Positions 1-12,996 of a DNA stretch of 64,000 nucleotides are shown in pieces. The stretch covers positions 31,496,001 to 31,560,000 of the forward strand of contig NC_043017.1 in NCBI RefSeq assembly GCF_006345805.1. The letters run 5' to 3'. This stretch comes from Octopus sinensis (taxonomy: Eukaryota). The notes under the pieces were generated by a model. It had not been told where the DNA came from, did not search any database, and was given only the letters and a program-made list of their open reading frames with translations. Each line of letters opens with the position of its first letter. The stretch's first letter is position 1. Both the position numbers and the translations under genes were made by a program.

Positions 1-395
1 CAGAGATAGAGGCAGAAAAAGGGTAAGAGAGAGACAAACAGAAAGAGATAGAGAAAGTGAGAGAGAAAAAGAGAGAGAGAGGGACAAAGAAAGACAGAGA
101 CAGAGTCAGAGAGACTGAGGGACAGACAGGCAGACAGAGAAAGGGAGAGAGAGAGAGAGTTTTGCTTCAGACATCATGTGACGATTTAAATAAAAAGAAC
201 AGACCGTCTGTCGACAAACTTAATATTTCAATTAACTTCATTTTGAAGAATTGAGATAATCAAACTTAATGCTTTGTCAAAATTTGTTACAGTCCTTTGT
301 GCTCTGAGTTCGAATCCCACCTGGGTCAGCTTTGCTGTTTATCCTGTCAGGGTTGATACCACACAAATATCAGTCAAGTATTTGGGTTTCTTGAA

Positions 396-997
396 GGCAG
401 CGAGCTGGCAGAATCGTTTGCACATTGGGCAAAATGTTTAGCGGTATTTCGTCTGCTGTTACGTTCTGAGTTCAAATTCCGTCGTGGTCAACTTTGACTT
501 TCATCCTTTCGGGGTCAATTAAATACGTACCAGTTATGCACTGGGGTCGATATAATCGACTTAATCCGTTTGTCTGTCCTTGTTTGTCCCCTCTGTGTTT
601 AGCCCCTTGTGGGTAGTAAAGAAATAGGTATTTCGTCTGCCGTTACGTTCTGAGTCCAAATTTCGTCGAGGTCAACTTTGCCTTTCATCCTTTCGGGACC
701 AATTAAATAAGTACCAGTTACGCACTGGGGTCGATATAATCGACTTAATCCGTTTGTCTGTTCTTGCTTGTCACCCTCTATGTTTAGCCCCTTGTGGGTA
801 GTAAAGAAATAGGTATTTCGTCTGCTGTTACCTTTGGGTTCAAATTCCGCCGAGGTCAACTTTACCTTTCATCCTTTCGGGGTCAATTAAATAAGTACAA
901 GTTACACACTGAGGTCGATATAATCGACTTAATCCGTTTGTCTGTCCTTGTTTGTCCTCTTTGTGTTTAGCCCCTTGTGGGTAGTAAAGAAATAAAT
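396..997 (+). mobile_element. SINE family A (tRNA-like head, conserved central domain), head-to-tail trimer
   Basis: Head ggcagcgagctggcagaatcgtt, B-box-like gttcaaattcc, core gaggtcaactttgcctttcatcctttcggggtc and tail gggtagtaaagaaata recur about 3 times; many other copies in the window. Confidence 0.85.
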
Positions 998-2760
998 ATT
1001 TGGGTTTCTTTAATCAACAATATTCTTCTTTAAAACATAAACCTCTGAATCAATGTCAGAAACTAATGTTGTATTTAACTCATCGTTGTCAGCAGTGACT
1101 GTCTGTCATTTGACTGTGGCCATGCTGGGGCAGCAACTTGAAGCAGTTTAATTCAAATGTATTGAGCCCAGTCCTTGTTTACTTAAAGCCTGGTGTGTTT
1201 ACGGTGATGTGAACACACCAGCATTAGTTGTCAAGCAGTGGTGGGGAGAAACACAGATACTTGAGAAAGTATCTTCTGTTATAGTCTTAGACTGGCCAAA
1301 GCCTTGTGTGCAGGTTTGGTGGATGGAAACTGAAAGAAGCCTGATGTGTATATATATATGAATGTGTGTGTGTGTGTGTGTGTGTGTTTTTGTATCTGTG
1401 TTTGTTCCATTCAATCTGAATGTAACACCTTTTGATAGCGCATAAAGCAGTTGGTGTTGCACCCCCAACCCAGACTGCCTCTCTGGGCCTCTATGCCAAG
1501 TGGTGTACAAGAATGCAAGGCACATGGTCAGCAATGAGGCAGCCTCACTGTGGCACCTCACTTGCTAGTTGATGCCCAACAAATGTCTGATGGCACAGAT
1601 TTTCTGCTTGGCAAGGAATAACTTTTAAGTCGTTGGTCTAAGACCCCTCTACTTTGTTGGTTGTCCATCGTTTGACTGCTAATGTCTTCATTGTATGGTA
1701 CAGCACCCACATCAGCCAATCAAGAATTTGGACCAGAAGATCTACATTTCCAGTGGCTTCGAGGGCCACCTCCCAGTGTCAACGAAGAACCCTCGACTAC
1801 AACAAGACGACCAAAGTTTTTTTTTTTCGAAGGTCTGGGGTTTCCTGCCCCTAAACCCTAGACCATCACCTAATCACCCTTACCCGTCTTCTTGCTTAAC
1901 AACAACAACAGCACACACATCAGTGACAGGTTATAAAAGGGAGACTAATTCGCTCCTTCTGTACGTAGACTATGTGGCACATTGGGCAAGTGCTAGCAAC
2001 CCCTTAGCCTCCCATGCCATATAACTTATATCAAGTAAATGTCTCCACTAAAATGTTGTTTGTCAGTTTATTTCCCTCTTTGCTAGTATCAAAAGAAAAT
2101 AATTTGAAATGATATTGCATATATATAAGATTTCATTTTGGAAATAGTTATTATTTTAATTAAAGATGTTTTGATCTTTATACCAAATGATTTTAAATGT
2201 TTCTAGTTTAAATTGGCAAATACTTAATATTGCAATTAACAAAACTGTTGAAGAATTATTTCCATTAGAAAAACTTTTAAAATTTTAATTTTAAAACATT
2301 CTCATTTTACATACATTTTAAAATTCTCTTTCTTGAAAAAAATAAAAAAACAGAAAATAGATATACAAATATGTCCTTTTCTTAATTTTTTAAATGAAAA
2401 ATTTTCAGAACTCCAATTAGAGTTGTTTAATTATCATTTCAAATGGGAAACCTACCTGATATCATTTAGAAAGTGATTATGTATAATTTATATATTTTCC
2501 AAAAGTTAGATTGAAGTAATTATCCCAATTCTTTGTTCTAATATATACTGATAGCGTAATTTAGATCTTGAATTTAAATATATATTTTCTTGTGTAGGTT
2601 TTAATTCTCTTCCTTAGAGTCTGTTATTCATTGTATTATATTTTGCTTCAGATTTGTCATTTTATACAAAACAGTGATTTCTCACCATTCACTGCTTCTC
2701 TCTTTTATTCATTGCCGAACCAAACACTTAAGTCAAAATTAACTAATTGATATATATACG

Positions 2761-3287
2761 TCAATGATATTTCATACCGGGAGAATAAACGATCAAATGT
2801 GTAATTATGATCAATTTGAACTTTTGTTGGAAATATCCTTCGCAGATAATTAGTGACATAATACCTGGAACGCATAGTATATCTTCTGGATCAACATCAT
2901 TTTCATCTAAATAATTGTCAGCTATGTATTTCCAAGCAGACACATCATTTGTCTCTGCTCTATCTAAGTGACAACTAAATCTGCCAAGGCAATATCCTTT
3001 GATGGCAGATCAATATCCGTGACTGTCAAAGAAAGAAGTCGATCTGGCAGAGTAACATATTTGTCTGAGGTCATAAATACCTGTATTTGTTAAAGAAACA
3101 TCCTTAATTGAAGGACTAACATATTTAGTTTGTGGATTGACATTCTTAATTGGCAGAGATATCCACACATAGCTGTGTTGATTAACATTTGTAATTGTCA
3201 TGGAACATCCAAGAGTTGGCAGGGCAAATATGTGTGTTCGGTGGAGTGACGGCTGCTGGATCTGCTTAAGTAACTGGCGCTGAATTC
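2761..3287 (-). pseudogene. Candidate terminal exon encoding an apextrin C-terminal (ApeC)-like domain, with one in-frame TGA at 3012-3010
   Basis: Acceptor ttgcaatgcAG at 3289-3288. One frame of about 175 codons joins ORFs 3010-3201 and 2761-2943. Motifs FALPTLGCS, QICY, GY*SAIKGYC, YLDEND, CVPG, LIIC resemble the ApeC Cys layout by recall. AATAAA at 2709-2704 after the stop. Confidence 0.5.
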
Positions 3288-3476
3288 CTGCATTGCAAAC
3301 AAGGAATATTAATTATTATTCCAGTAAAGTTGTTCACTACGGTAAGTGCTTAGGAGACCCTTAACAGTTTCCATTTTCTGTCAGCATTCTGCAAATAACA
3401 AAATAATTAATAAGCAAACATATTCTAAATGGAATGTAAACATAATGAATATGAAAAATGTGTGTGTGTGTATGGG

Positions 3477-3510
<34 letters not shown>

Positions 3511-3766
3511 CATAATATATATACATATGTATATATATATGCATATATATATATATATATAAATATATGTATATATATATATATATATATACGTTTAAAT
3601 ATTTGGTTGTGCAAGATTTTTTATGTGAAGTCGTGTTTGAAAACAGATATTGTTTTATTTCGGAATGGTCATATTGCAGTTAGCCAATAAAAACACACGC
3701 ACTATATATTTGGTGTTATTTTGCTTCAGTGATATTTATTTTTTACATTAATCTTAATCTTATTTC

Positions 3767-3810
3767 GGCCAAAGTTCTTTCGTCACACTCCTGTGACCGC
3801 ATCAGTGGTC
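3767..3810 (-). ncRNA. Variant type-I hammerhead ribozyme-like motif in the PLE pLTR
   Basis: gacca CUGAUGCG GUCAC aggagu GUGAC GAAA gaac UU uggcc: 5-bp stem II, cca/ugg stem I, core A9 replaced by C. Confidence 0.55.
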
Positions 3811-5498
3811 TTTGTTTTCTTCTCACTTACTTGTGTCTCTCCTTACTAACCGTCAGCCATTTTGTATTTCTATTGTATGTCTTCATTTGCGCATGCTTAT
3901 ATCTCTATGTGCGTCTATGTTTATTTAGTGTGTGTGGGGGGGATGCCTGTAATATTTGTATCTTCTTGTAATATACATTCTTGTAATTTGTATTTTGTTT
4001 TTGTTGTTGTTGCTTTTGTTCTAATTTTGTTCATGTGTTTACATCCACCCATTATATCATTACATATGCTTGTATGTATGTATAACAACAATATTAGTAA
4101 TAATAATAATAAATCTAATCGAAAAAAAAAAAAAAAAAAAAAAAAGAATATACATATAATATATATATATACATTACAATACATATACATATACATATAT
4201 ATATATATACATATATACACACATATATACACATATACATATACATATATATACACATATACATATATATAGGCATTCATTTCTATTTCTTTAATTACCT
4301 GTGTATTTATTATGTTTGCAGGATCCACTATTGTCATATGTTGTGGTGTGCGCTATTGCTCCATTCTAGTTTTCTATTCAGGCTAGGTTTATTTTCTATT
4401 ATATATGTAGCTTCTGTAATTGTCTAATTGTTGCATCTGTTCTATGTGTGGACAATATCTTAATCTCTATGTTATGATTGATCCCCCGTGTTCTTGTTCG
4501 ACGTGTTGGTACAGAATCGATGAGCTTTTACCTTCCTTGAGTTGTCTCCAATGTTCATTCACCCGCTCACCAATGCTTCTTGCAGTTTCCCCTACGTATG
4601 TTACTGTCTTGTTACTGCATCGTCCCTCTATACATCTTATACTATAGACCACATTTCTGGCTTTACAGTTCGTTTGTGGGCTAAATCTACATACAGTGCA
4701 ATAGTTATCCGTACAGAGAGTTCTACTAAAAGGATAGCTTCTACCAATTAAGATCTGATAGGGTTGCCTGGCTTTTCAACAACCTTAATTCTTAGTTTAA
4801 GTTTATCTAGGTCCTTCTAAAGCGGTATGCTAGTTCACCTCCAGGGGTGGTGTCAACGAACATGACACTCTGGTATTTATGGCTATCATACCAAGAGTTG
4901 GCCTTCCCTTTTTCTTTTTTGTCTTTCTATAGTGTTCCATGACTTGTTCCTATAGAGTGGGCAAATCCCATTCCTATCATTACATAATATATTATCAAAT
5001 TTCTTCATGGCTCCTTTGTATACTCTGATCCTTTCTTTATGGCTGTAACCTGAGAACTGCATGCGGTGAATGAAATACTGTATGTGTCTCTTTAACTCTG
5101 TAGGCTCGCACATGCGTGACACATTTCTCATTATTCTGACGAGGTCTGCCATCAAAATATTGAATTTGGCATTGCCCGCAATGGCTGAGTTCCGGTGGAT
5201 CAGGTATTTTGAGGCCATAGGTTTTGCATATACAAGCATATGTAATGATAATAATGGGTGGATGTAAACACATGAACAAAATTAGAACAAAAGCAACAAC
5301 AACAAAAACAAAATACAAATTACAAGAATGTATATAACCAGAAGATACAAATATTACAGGCATCCCCCCCACACACACACTAAATAAACATAGACGCACA
5401 TAGAGATATAAGCATGCGCAAATGAAGACATACAATAGAAATACAAAATGGCTGACGGTTAGTAAGGAGAGACACAAGTAAGTGAGAAGAAAACAAAG

Positions 5499-5542
5499 GA
5501 CCACTGATGCGGTCACAGGAGTGTGACGAAAGAACTTTGGCC
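5499..5542 (+). ncRNA. Second (inverted) copy of the variant hammerhead motif
   Basis: Same sequence in the inverted pLTR copy. Confidence 0.55.
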
Positions 5543-6280
5543 GAAATAAGATTAAGATTAATGTAAAAAATAAATATCACTGAAGCAAAATAACACCAAT
5601 ATAGTGCGTGGTGTTTTATTGCTAAACTGGCAATATGACCATTCCGAAATATAACAATATATATATTATATATTATATATATACATATACATGCTAGCAT
5701 GGAAAGCGGACACTAAACGATGATGATGATGATGATACATATATATACATATACATATATATACATATATATATACACATATATATATACATATATATAT
5801 ATACATATATATATACATATATATATACATATATATACATACATATATATATGTTTCTATTTGTGTGTATGTGTTTGCATGTATGTGTGTTCATATGAAT
5901 GCATTTAAGCATGTACATATGAGTGTGTGAGTGTATGTATGTTGCATTTTATATGCATCTGTGTACATATATATATATATTTGTGCAATTAGAGAAAATT
6001 GTATATAGATAATGATTAAGTATTTCTTGTGCATCTCAATTTGCTGTTCTGCCATATTTCAATTTAACAATGATGGATGACATGTTATGCTCCATGTCAA
6101 AAAAAAAGAACCACATGGGGACATGTACAGTCATTTAACACATACCGATACAAACATGCATACATCTTTTCTTTCTCTCTCTCTCCCTCTCTCTCTTCCT
6201 CTCTATCCCCCTCACTCCCCCTCCCTTTTCCTCTCTCCCATTCTCTCTTCCTCTCTCCCATTTTCTCTTCCTCACTTTCT

Positions 6281-6311
<31 letters not shown>

Positions 6312-6420
6312 GTATGTATGAACATATATGTGTGTGTATGTGTATGTATCTATAAATATAGATATATGTACATAATATATGCATGCGTACGCATGTATGT
6401 ATATGTATATATGTATATAG

Positions 6421-6805
6421 GTGCAGGAGTGGCTGTGTGGTAAGTAGCTTGCTTACCAACCACATGGTTCCAGGTTCAGTCCCACTGCATGGCAATTTGG
6501 GCAAGTGTCTTCTACTATAGCCTCAGGCCGACCAAAGCCTTGAGAGTGGATTTGGTAGACAGAAACTGAAAGAAACCCGTCGTATATATGTATATGTATA
6601 TATATATATGTGTGTCTGTTTGTTTCCCCAACATCGCTTGACAACCGATGCTGGTGTGTTTACGTCCACGTAACTTAGTGGTTTGGCATAAGAGACCGAC
6701 AGAATAAGTACTAGGCTTACAAAGAATAAGTACTGGGGTCGATTTGCTCGATTAAAGGTGGTGCTCCAGCATGGCCACAGTCAAATGACTGAAACAAGTA
6801 AAAGA

Positions 6806-6806
<1 letters not shown>
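6421..6806 (+). mobile_element. SINE family B (tRNA-like head, internal TA/TG microsatellite, CR1-like tail)
   Basis: Head gcaggagtggctgtgtggtaag...ggttcagtccc; tail ggtgctccagcatggcc...gactgaaacaagtaaaaga; more than 12 copies in the window. Confidence 0.85.
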
Positions 6807-6837
<31 letters not shown>

Positions 6838-7036
6838 GTGTGTGTCAAGTGGTTGTGGTGGTGGGGAAAACCATAAACACACACACACACATGATGGGCT
6901 TCCTTCAGTTTCTCTCAAAAAAATCCACTCACAAAGATTTGGTGGGTTTGAGACTAAAGTACAAGACAAGAAGCTTGCCTAAGGTGCTATGCACTGAGAC
7001 TGAACCTGGAACCATTTGGCATGGAAACAAGTTTCT

Positions 7037-7446
7037 TATTTCTTTACTACCCACAAGGAGTGAAACACAGAGGGGACAAACAAGGACAGACAAACGGATT
7101 AAGTCCATTATATCGACCCCAGTGCATAACTGGTACTTAATTTATCAACCCCGAAAAAGGATAAAAGGCAAAGTCGACCTCGGTGGAATTTGAACTCAGA
7201 TCGCAATGGCACACAAAATACCTATTTCTTTACTACCCACAAGGGGCGAAACACAGAGGGGACAAACAAGGACAGACAAACGGATTAAGTCCATTACATC
7301 GACCCCAGTGCATAACTCGTACTTAATTTATCGACACCGAAAGGATGAAAGGCAAAGTCGACCTCGGTGGAATTTGAACTCAGAACGTAACGGCAGACAA
7401 AATAGTGCTAAGCATTTCGCCCGGCATGCTAACGATTCTGCCAGCT
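7037..7446 (-). mobile_element. SINE family A dimer
   Basis: Reverse complement of the family A unit, twice. Confidence 0.85.
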
Positions 7447-7539
7447 TCTTACTACACAGCTATGCTCCATCTATGTTTCTATATTGCTATATTTCTGCAT
7501 TACGTGGCAGCTAAATACCTATGTTATATAATAGCTTGA

Positions 7540-7945
7540 GGAGGCGAGCTGGCAGAATCGTTGGCACGCCGGGCGAAATGCATAGCCGTATTTCGTTTGC
7601 CGTTATGTTCTGAGTTCAAATTCCGCCAAGGTCAACTTTGCCTTTCATCCTTTTGGGTCTGATAAATTAAGTACCAGTTATGCAATAGGGTCGATGTAAT
7701 CGACTTAATCCATTTGTCTGTCCTTGCTTGTCCTCTCTGTGTTTAGTCCCTTGTGGGTAGTAAAGAAATAGGTATTTCATCTGCGGTTACGTTCTGAGTT
7801 CGAATTCTGCCAAGGTCAACTTTACCTTTCAACCTTTTGGGGTCGATTAAATAAGTACCAGTCAATCACTGGGGTCGATATAATCCCCTTGTCTGTCCTT
7901 GTTTGTCCCCTCTGTGTTTAGCCCCTTGTGGGTAGTAAAGAAATA
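7540..7945 (+). mobile_element. SINE family A dimer
   Basis: Family A unit twice, inverted relative to 7037-7446. Confidence 0.85.
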
Positions 7946-8878
7946 GTTATATAATATCTTGATACCTCTCTATGCTGGATCATAACTATAGCGGACTGCA
8001 ACTATATTCCTGTGTGTGTTTGGCTTCACATAATCCCACTCTATGCAAGATACTAGTATATTTCATTTAATATTGGTTTCAAATTTTGGCACAATGCCAG
8101 CAATTTAGGGAGAGGGAGTAAGTCATTTAAATGAACCCCAGTACTCAACTGGTAACTTATTTTATTGACCACAGAACAATAAATGGCTAAGTCGACCTCA
8201 GCTGAATTTGAACCTAGAACACAAAGATGGACAAAATGCCACTAAGCAATTTGCCTGGTGTGCTAATGATTCTGCCAGCTTGCTGCCTTATATCTCATTT
8301 GATATTCTCAGATTATCTGGTAACCGTTTCTGAAGTTGAATTTATAGAGTTAAATTAATACTCAAACACTTTGTGAAACACTTAAAGTTGAGTTAATTGT
8401 TACTCAAGTACAATGAAGATTATGAATATCCAAGAGTCATGTTCATCTGCATTGCATTTCAATTAAGCGCCGTGAGGGATTTCAGCTGCTAAGGACAAGC
8501 ACGAAATAAACAGGTTACTTAACAATTCATAAAGAACCTTTTACCCAGGTTGCAAGAAGTAGATTGCAGGGGACAAATTAATAAAACACCATAGTTTGCA
8601 CGAAGCATTGTCTGATATCTTTTCTCTTTTATCTCTCCCTTATGTCAGTCATTAGACTGTGGCCATGCTGGGGCACTGCCTTGAAGAATTTTTAGCCAAA
8701 TGAATCAACCTCAGCCCTTACTTTTCTTTTAAGCCTGATATTTGTTCTATAGGTTTCTATTGCTGAACTAATAAATAAGGGGGCTGTAAACAAACCAACA
8801 CCAGTTGTCAAGTGGTGGTGGGAAACAAACACAGATGCAAAGACACACACAAATAACTATATACAGATATATATATGT

Positions 8879-9072
8879 ATAGGGAGAGTTTACGAAAAAA
8901 CAAAAGACGAAGACAGATGGTGTACAAAACAAACAGATGTATTAGTATAATGCTCAGGAATAGAAAAAGTCTTTTACATTTCGAGCCTACGCTCTTCTAC
9001 AGAAAGGGACACAGAAAAAAAACAAGGAGAGAAAAAATGTGTGTAGTGTCTAACGATCTATCATGGCGACTA
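8879..9072 (-). mobile_element. About 200-bp non-coding solo pLTR-like unit in (TA)n carrying a hammerhead motif
   Basis: Homologous to 21258-21465; TA runs on both sides. Confidence 0.65.
8971..9006 (-). ncRNA. Minimal type-I hammerhead variant
   Basis: cuuu CUGUAGAA GAGC guag GCUC GAAA ug UA aaag: 4-bp stem I, 4-bp stem II, core A6 replaced by U. Confidence 0.6.
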
Positions 9073-9096
9073 GTAATATATATATATATATATATA

Positions 9097-10612
9097 CTCT
9101 GGCTTATTCCCCATTTTTTAGGAGTGGGTAGCCACAACAAGACATACACTAGGCATTCCATTCATTCCCCAGCTCAAGGAGCCCTGTCCTGTGCTTGGGT
9201 CATGACATAGAATGCAACCCCCACTATTAGCTGCAGAGTCCAACAGCATAAAGCTGGTTTATCCCCACCACATCATGCTAATCCTCATCCGTCCCCTCCA
9301 TGAGACCAAACCACCTCAACATTCATCTATTCATTTTGGTTGTTGGTCTTTGTATCATTCCTGCTCACCATCACACCTCCTCATTCCTCACCCTCAGACA
9401 TCTCATCTCAAACACATCTGGTCACCTCCTTTCTGCTTCTCTTAGCCCCCATGCCTTGGCACTATCAGCACAATCAAACCCTCCTACACAACTCTTTTCA
9501 CTGTCATACTCAACCGTTTATCTCTCAGTATACCTTTCACAACTCCAAGTATCTTACACCCCTCCCTCACTCTGTACCCACTACCTCAGCAATCCCCTCC
9601 CCTAATTCATTTTCACATGTGATCCCAAATACTTAAAAACACCTCCTCCAACATCTCACCATTTATACTCACATACATCCTCCCAGCCATTCCATCTCTC
9701 GAACATCTCATCACTTTACTCTTATCTACTTTCACTTTCAGTTTCCTCCTCTCACACACTCTTCCAAACTCCACCAGTCTCCTCAGTCTTCCAAACTCCA
9801 CCACCAGTCTCCTCAGCTACTCTTCTGAATCAGCCGCCAGTGCTGTATCATCAGCAAACAACAACTGCCATTTCCCTCCATTTTCTCCCACCATTTGGGC
9901 TCCCCTACCAAAGGTTCTAGCATTTACCTCTCTCACCACACCATCCATACATAAATTAAACAACCACGGAGACATCACATAACCCTGTCTTAGCCCCCAC
10001 CTTTGCATCAATCTACTCACTTACTTACTTCATCACCCACCCCCTAACGCACACCTTACTTTCTCTATAAAATCTCAGAACAGCTCTCAACAATCTACCA
10101 TACAACTCCATACAACCGCAACACCTGCCACATCCCTATCCACACAGTCATATGCCTTCTCTAGGTCCATAAAGGCCCAATACACCTCCCTACCTTTTGC
10201 CAAAAATTTCTCACACACCTACCTTGCTACAAATATTTGATCTGCACACCCTATTGCACTCCTAAAACCACACTGCCCTTCCCCTAGTACACTCTCTATC
10301 TGGTTCTTCACCCTTACAATCAGAATTCTCCCATACAATTTACCAACCACATCATCATCATCATCATTGTTCGACCGTGGTCGAGACAATGGAATTTACC
10401 ATGCTATGCCAGACTTCACGGTCCATTATGGCATTACGGAGGTCCTGTTGCTGGATGCCTGTATCCCTGGAGATTACATCAGGGTAGGAGAGTGTGCGCC
10501 TTCTGGTATTGCAAGTAGATGGCTTCCAGAGGAGAAGAGTAGAAGTTACCAACCACACACAGTAGACATATACCCCCAAAAATTTCCCCACTCACATTTA
10601 TCCTCTTTCCAG
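9097..10612 (-). mobile_element. Decayed RTE-clade LINE, reverse transcriptase region
   Basis: GLRQGYVMSPWLFNLCMDGVVREV, LLFADDTAL, VCERRKLKVKVDKSKVM; frameshifted. Confidence 0.85.
10352..10545 (-). mobile_element. 5'-truncated RTE-type LINE 3' end nested in the older RTE, with 12-bp TSD
   Basis: LSYPDVISRDTG...AIMDREVW* plus (TGA)n tail; ttaccaaccaca at 10340-10351 and 10546-10557. Confidence 0.8.
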
Positions 10613-11319
10613 TGTCTTTTCCCTAGTGGCTTTGGTGCCAAAGAACACCACACATATAAAATTGTCTTTAAGCTGTAAAATTATTTTCTTCACACCAAAT
10701 GTATTATAGTTCAAAACCAGCAGATTTTTTTGTACACAAACTTCGAAACAAATTGTCCACTAATAAGGAAGAAGACAGCTGCTTATAGAGTGACAGTATT
10801 AAATGTACCATGGTGATACACATTGGGTCAAAGCCCTCTCACCTGTCAATTAATTCTAGTTTTGCCTAGAATATAATTTGATTCTTCCAAAGAATTGTCT
10901 GCTATTTTGCAATGAATTCATATGAATTACCTTTCATTTATCCTATTTATTTTTTTGGAATTGACAGTAATCAGTTGATCTGACATTTAGCTGAATGTCT
11001 TATATTTGTGTCACTTTTAATATTTATCACAAAATTGAATCACACATCACGATCATCCTTTTTTCCTAATAATGCTCTCCTTCTTTCTCTTCCCTTTCTC
11101 TCACTTTCTCTCTTTCACATCTCTCCCTCCTCTCTATATATTTATATATATATGCATATGTATATGCATGTATATATCTATGTGTACATGTATTTATGTA
11201 TGTGTGGGTGTTTGTGTATGTATATAAATGTATATATATAATATATATATATATATATAATGAGGGAGATATATTGAATATTAATTTAATTAATATCAAT
11301 TTAGAACCAGTAGCCTATG

Positions 11320-11372
<53 letters not shown>

Positions 11373-11396
11373 ATAATAATAATAATAATAATAATA

Positions 11397-11844
11397 TGAT
11401 CGACATGAGCATCCCCTGTGATCATAATATCTCAGCGAAAGAGTTTGACAAGCTCAGAAAATATAAAAACCTACTCATTGAAATTGAGAAAATGTGGCAT
11501 CTCAAGGCGGTTACAATACCAGTGGTCGTAGGAGCACTAGGAATGATCAAGAAGGGAACCGAAAATTATATGAGAATGATACCTGGCTTACCATCGCTGC
11601 AAGAAGTGCAAAAGATTGTCTTAACTGGTACATCACACGTATTGAGAAGAGCATTGTCGATGTGAGAACTGTTGCTGCTCATGTATTTTAATTTAACTTT
11701 AAAAAAAAAAAAAAAAAAAAAATGAACGAACTACTGAGTTTGGTTTAATGGCCTACCAATATATACTATGAGTTTCTTTGCCCTAGGAGTCGGGAAGACA
11801 CTCGGCAAGAAATGGAAGCAAATTTGAAAGAAGAAAAAAAAAAG
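11397..11844 (+). mobile_element. R4/Dong-clade non-LTR retrotransposon 3' fragment (restriction-like endonuclease) in (TAA)n
   Basis: IDMSIPCDHNISAKEFDKLRKY...IPVVVGALG...VLTGTSHVLRRAL*, then 3'UTR and A-tail; (TAA)n on both sides. Confidence 0.85.
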
Positions 11845-11862
11845 TAATAATAATAATAATAA

Positions 11863-11909
<47 letters not shown>

Positions 11910-12229
11910 TGATAATAATGATAATAATGATAATAATAATAATAATAATAATAATAAAATAATAATAATGATGATAATGATAATAATGATGGTAATAATA
12001 ATAATAATCAAGCCAAACAAAATGGCAGTCACGGCAGATACCTGTGTCATGCAAATTGGCTCCCATGCCGGTGGCCTGTAAACTTACCCCAGTGTCACAC
12101 AAATGCATATAGATGGCACCTGTTATGCTCTTGGAATGGTTAGCATTAGGAAGGGCATCCAGCCACAGAAAACCTTGCCAAATCAGACTGGAGTCTGGTG
12201 CAGCCAGATGTAGAGAGATGGTGGGTAGG

Positions 12230-12815
12230 AGTGAAGAGAGGAAGTAGGAGTCAGAGCAAGAGAGGGAGGAAAGGTTGGTGGTGTGAAGAGAGGAAATGAG
12301 TGTCAGATGAAGAGAGGAGAGGAGGGGAATCAGATGAAGAGAGGAGTTGAGACCATGTGGCACAAAGGAGCGAAGAGAGATTAATTCCTGTTCATGGCAA
12401 AGATGGGAGTTCAGACAGCCCTGTGCAAAGACAATCTGAACACAGACAGGTGTTATAGTGAATGACCAGTAGAACAAAAATGGCATGAGACTGGGGTCTC
12501 ATTACTAAGTCTCATGTCTCAGGGGTGCCCTGCAAACCGATCAGCCAAGCAGCGTCCTGTTTGACCAATGTAGAGAGAAGGGTAGAAAGAACAGGTGGTG
12601 CAGTAAATGACGTTGCTAGAAGTGGAGATATGATAGGGACGATGATGGATGCCTGTGAAGATGGTTGTGTTGGAGAGGTATGGGTAAGTGCAGTAGTGTG
12701 GGTGGGAGCAGAGGAATGAACCAGGTTGGGAGGTGGGGTTAGGGAAGAAACTGTGGACCAGGAGGTTACACAGGTTGTGGACTTGTTTGAAGGAGGGAAG
12801 GGGTATTAGTTTCAC
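12230..12815 (-). mobile_element. Penelope-like element GIY-YIG fragment
   Basis: STSSNVIYCTTCSFYPSLYIGQTGRCLADRFAGH. Confidence 0.8.
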
Positions 12816-12996
12816 ATCAACATTTAAATTTAATTTGTGTCAAAATATTTTCATCACTTTCAAACTGCGACCTGTTCACTGAGAAAACTTCATGTTGATA
12901 CACACACACACACACACGCACACATACACACACACACACATATATATAAAATTAGAAATAATGCATTTCTAAATCTCTCAGTAGCAGCATGATAAA

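Larger units (their letters stand above)
3600..5660 (-). mobile_element. 5'-truncated Penelope-like element with inverted pseudo-LTRs
   Basis: RT C-terminal part YAKPMASKYLIHRNSA...FSGYS (5239-4886); GIY-YIG endonuclease VYSIRC...YVGETARSIGERVNEH (4652-4467); about 430-bp inverted repeat 3648-4080 / 5229-5658. Confidence 0.9.

Noticed and set aside
2560-2760. SECIS element downstream of the TGA-containing exon
   Set aside because: AUGA..AAA..GA spacing occurs, but helix II does not pair
12838-12884. Hammerhead-like GUGAACAG-GUCGC..GUGAU-GAAA on the minus strand
   Set aside because: Too many core and stem mismatches in this copy to call
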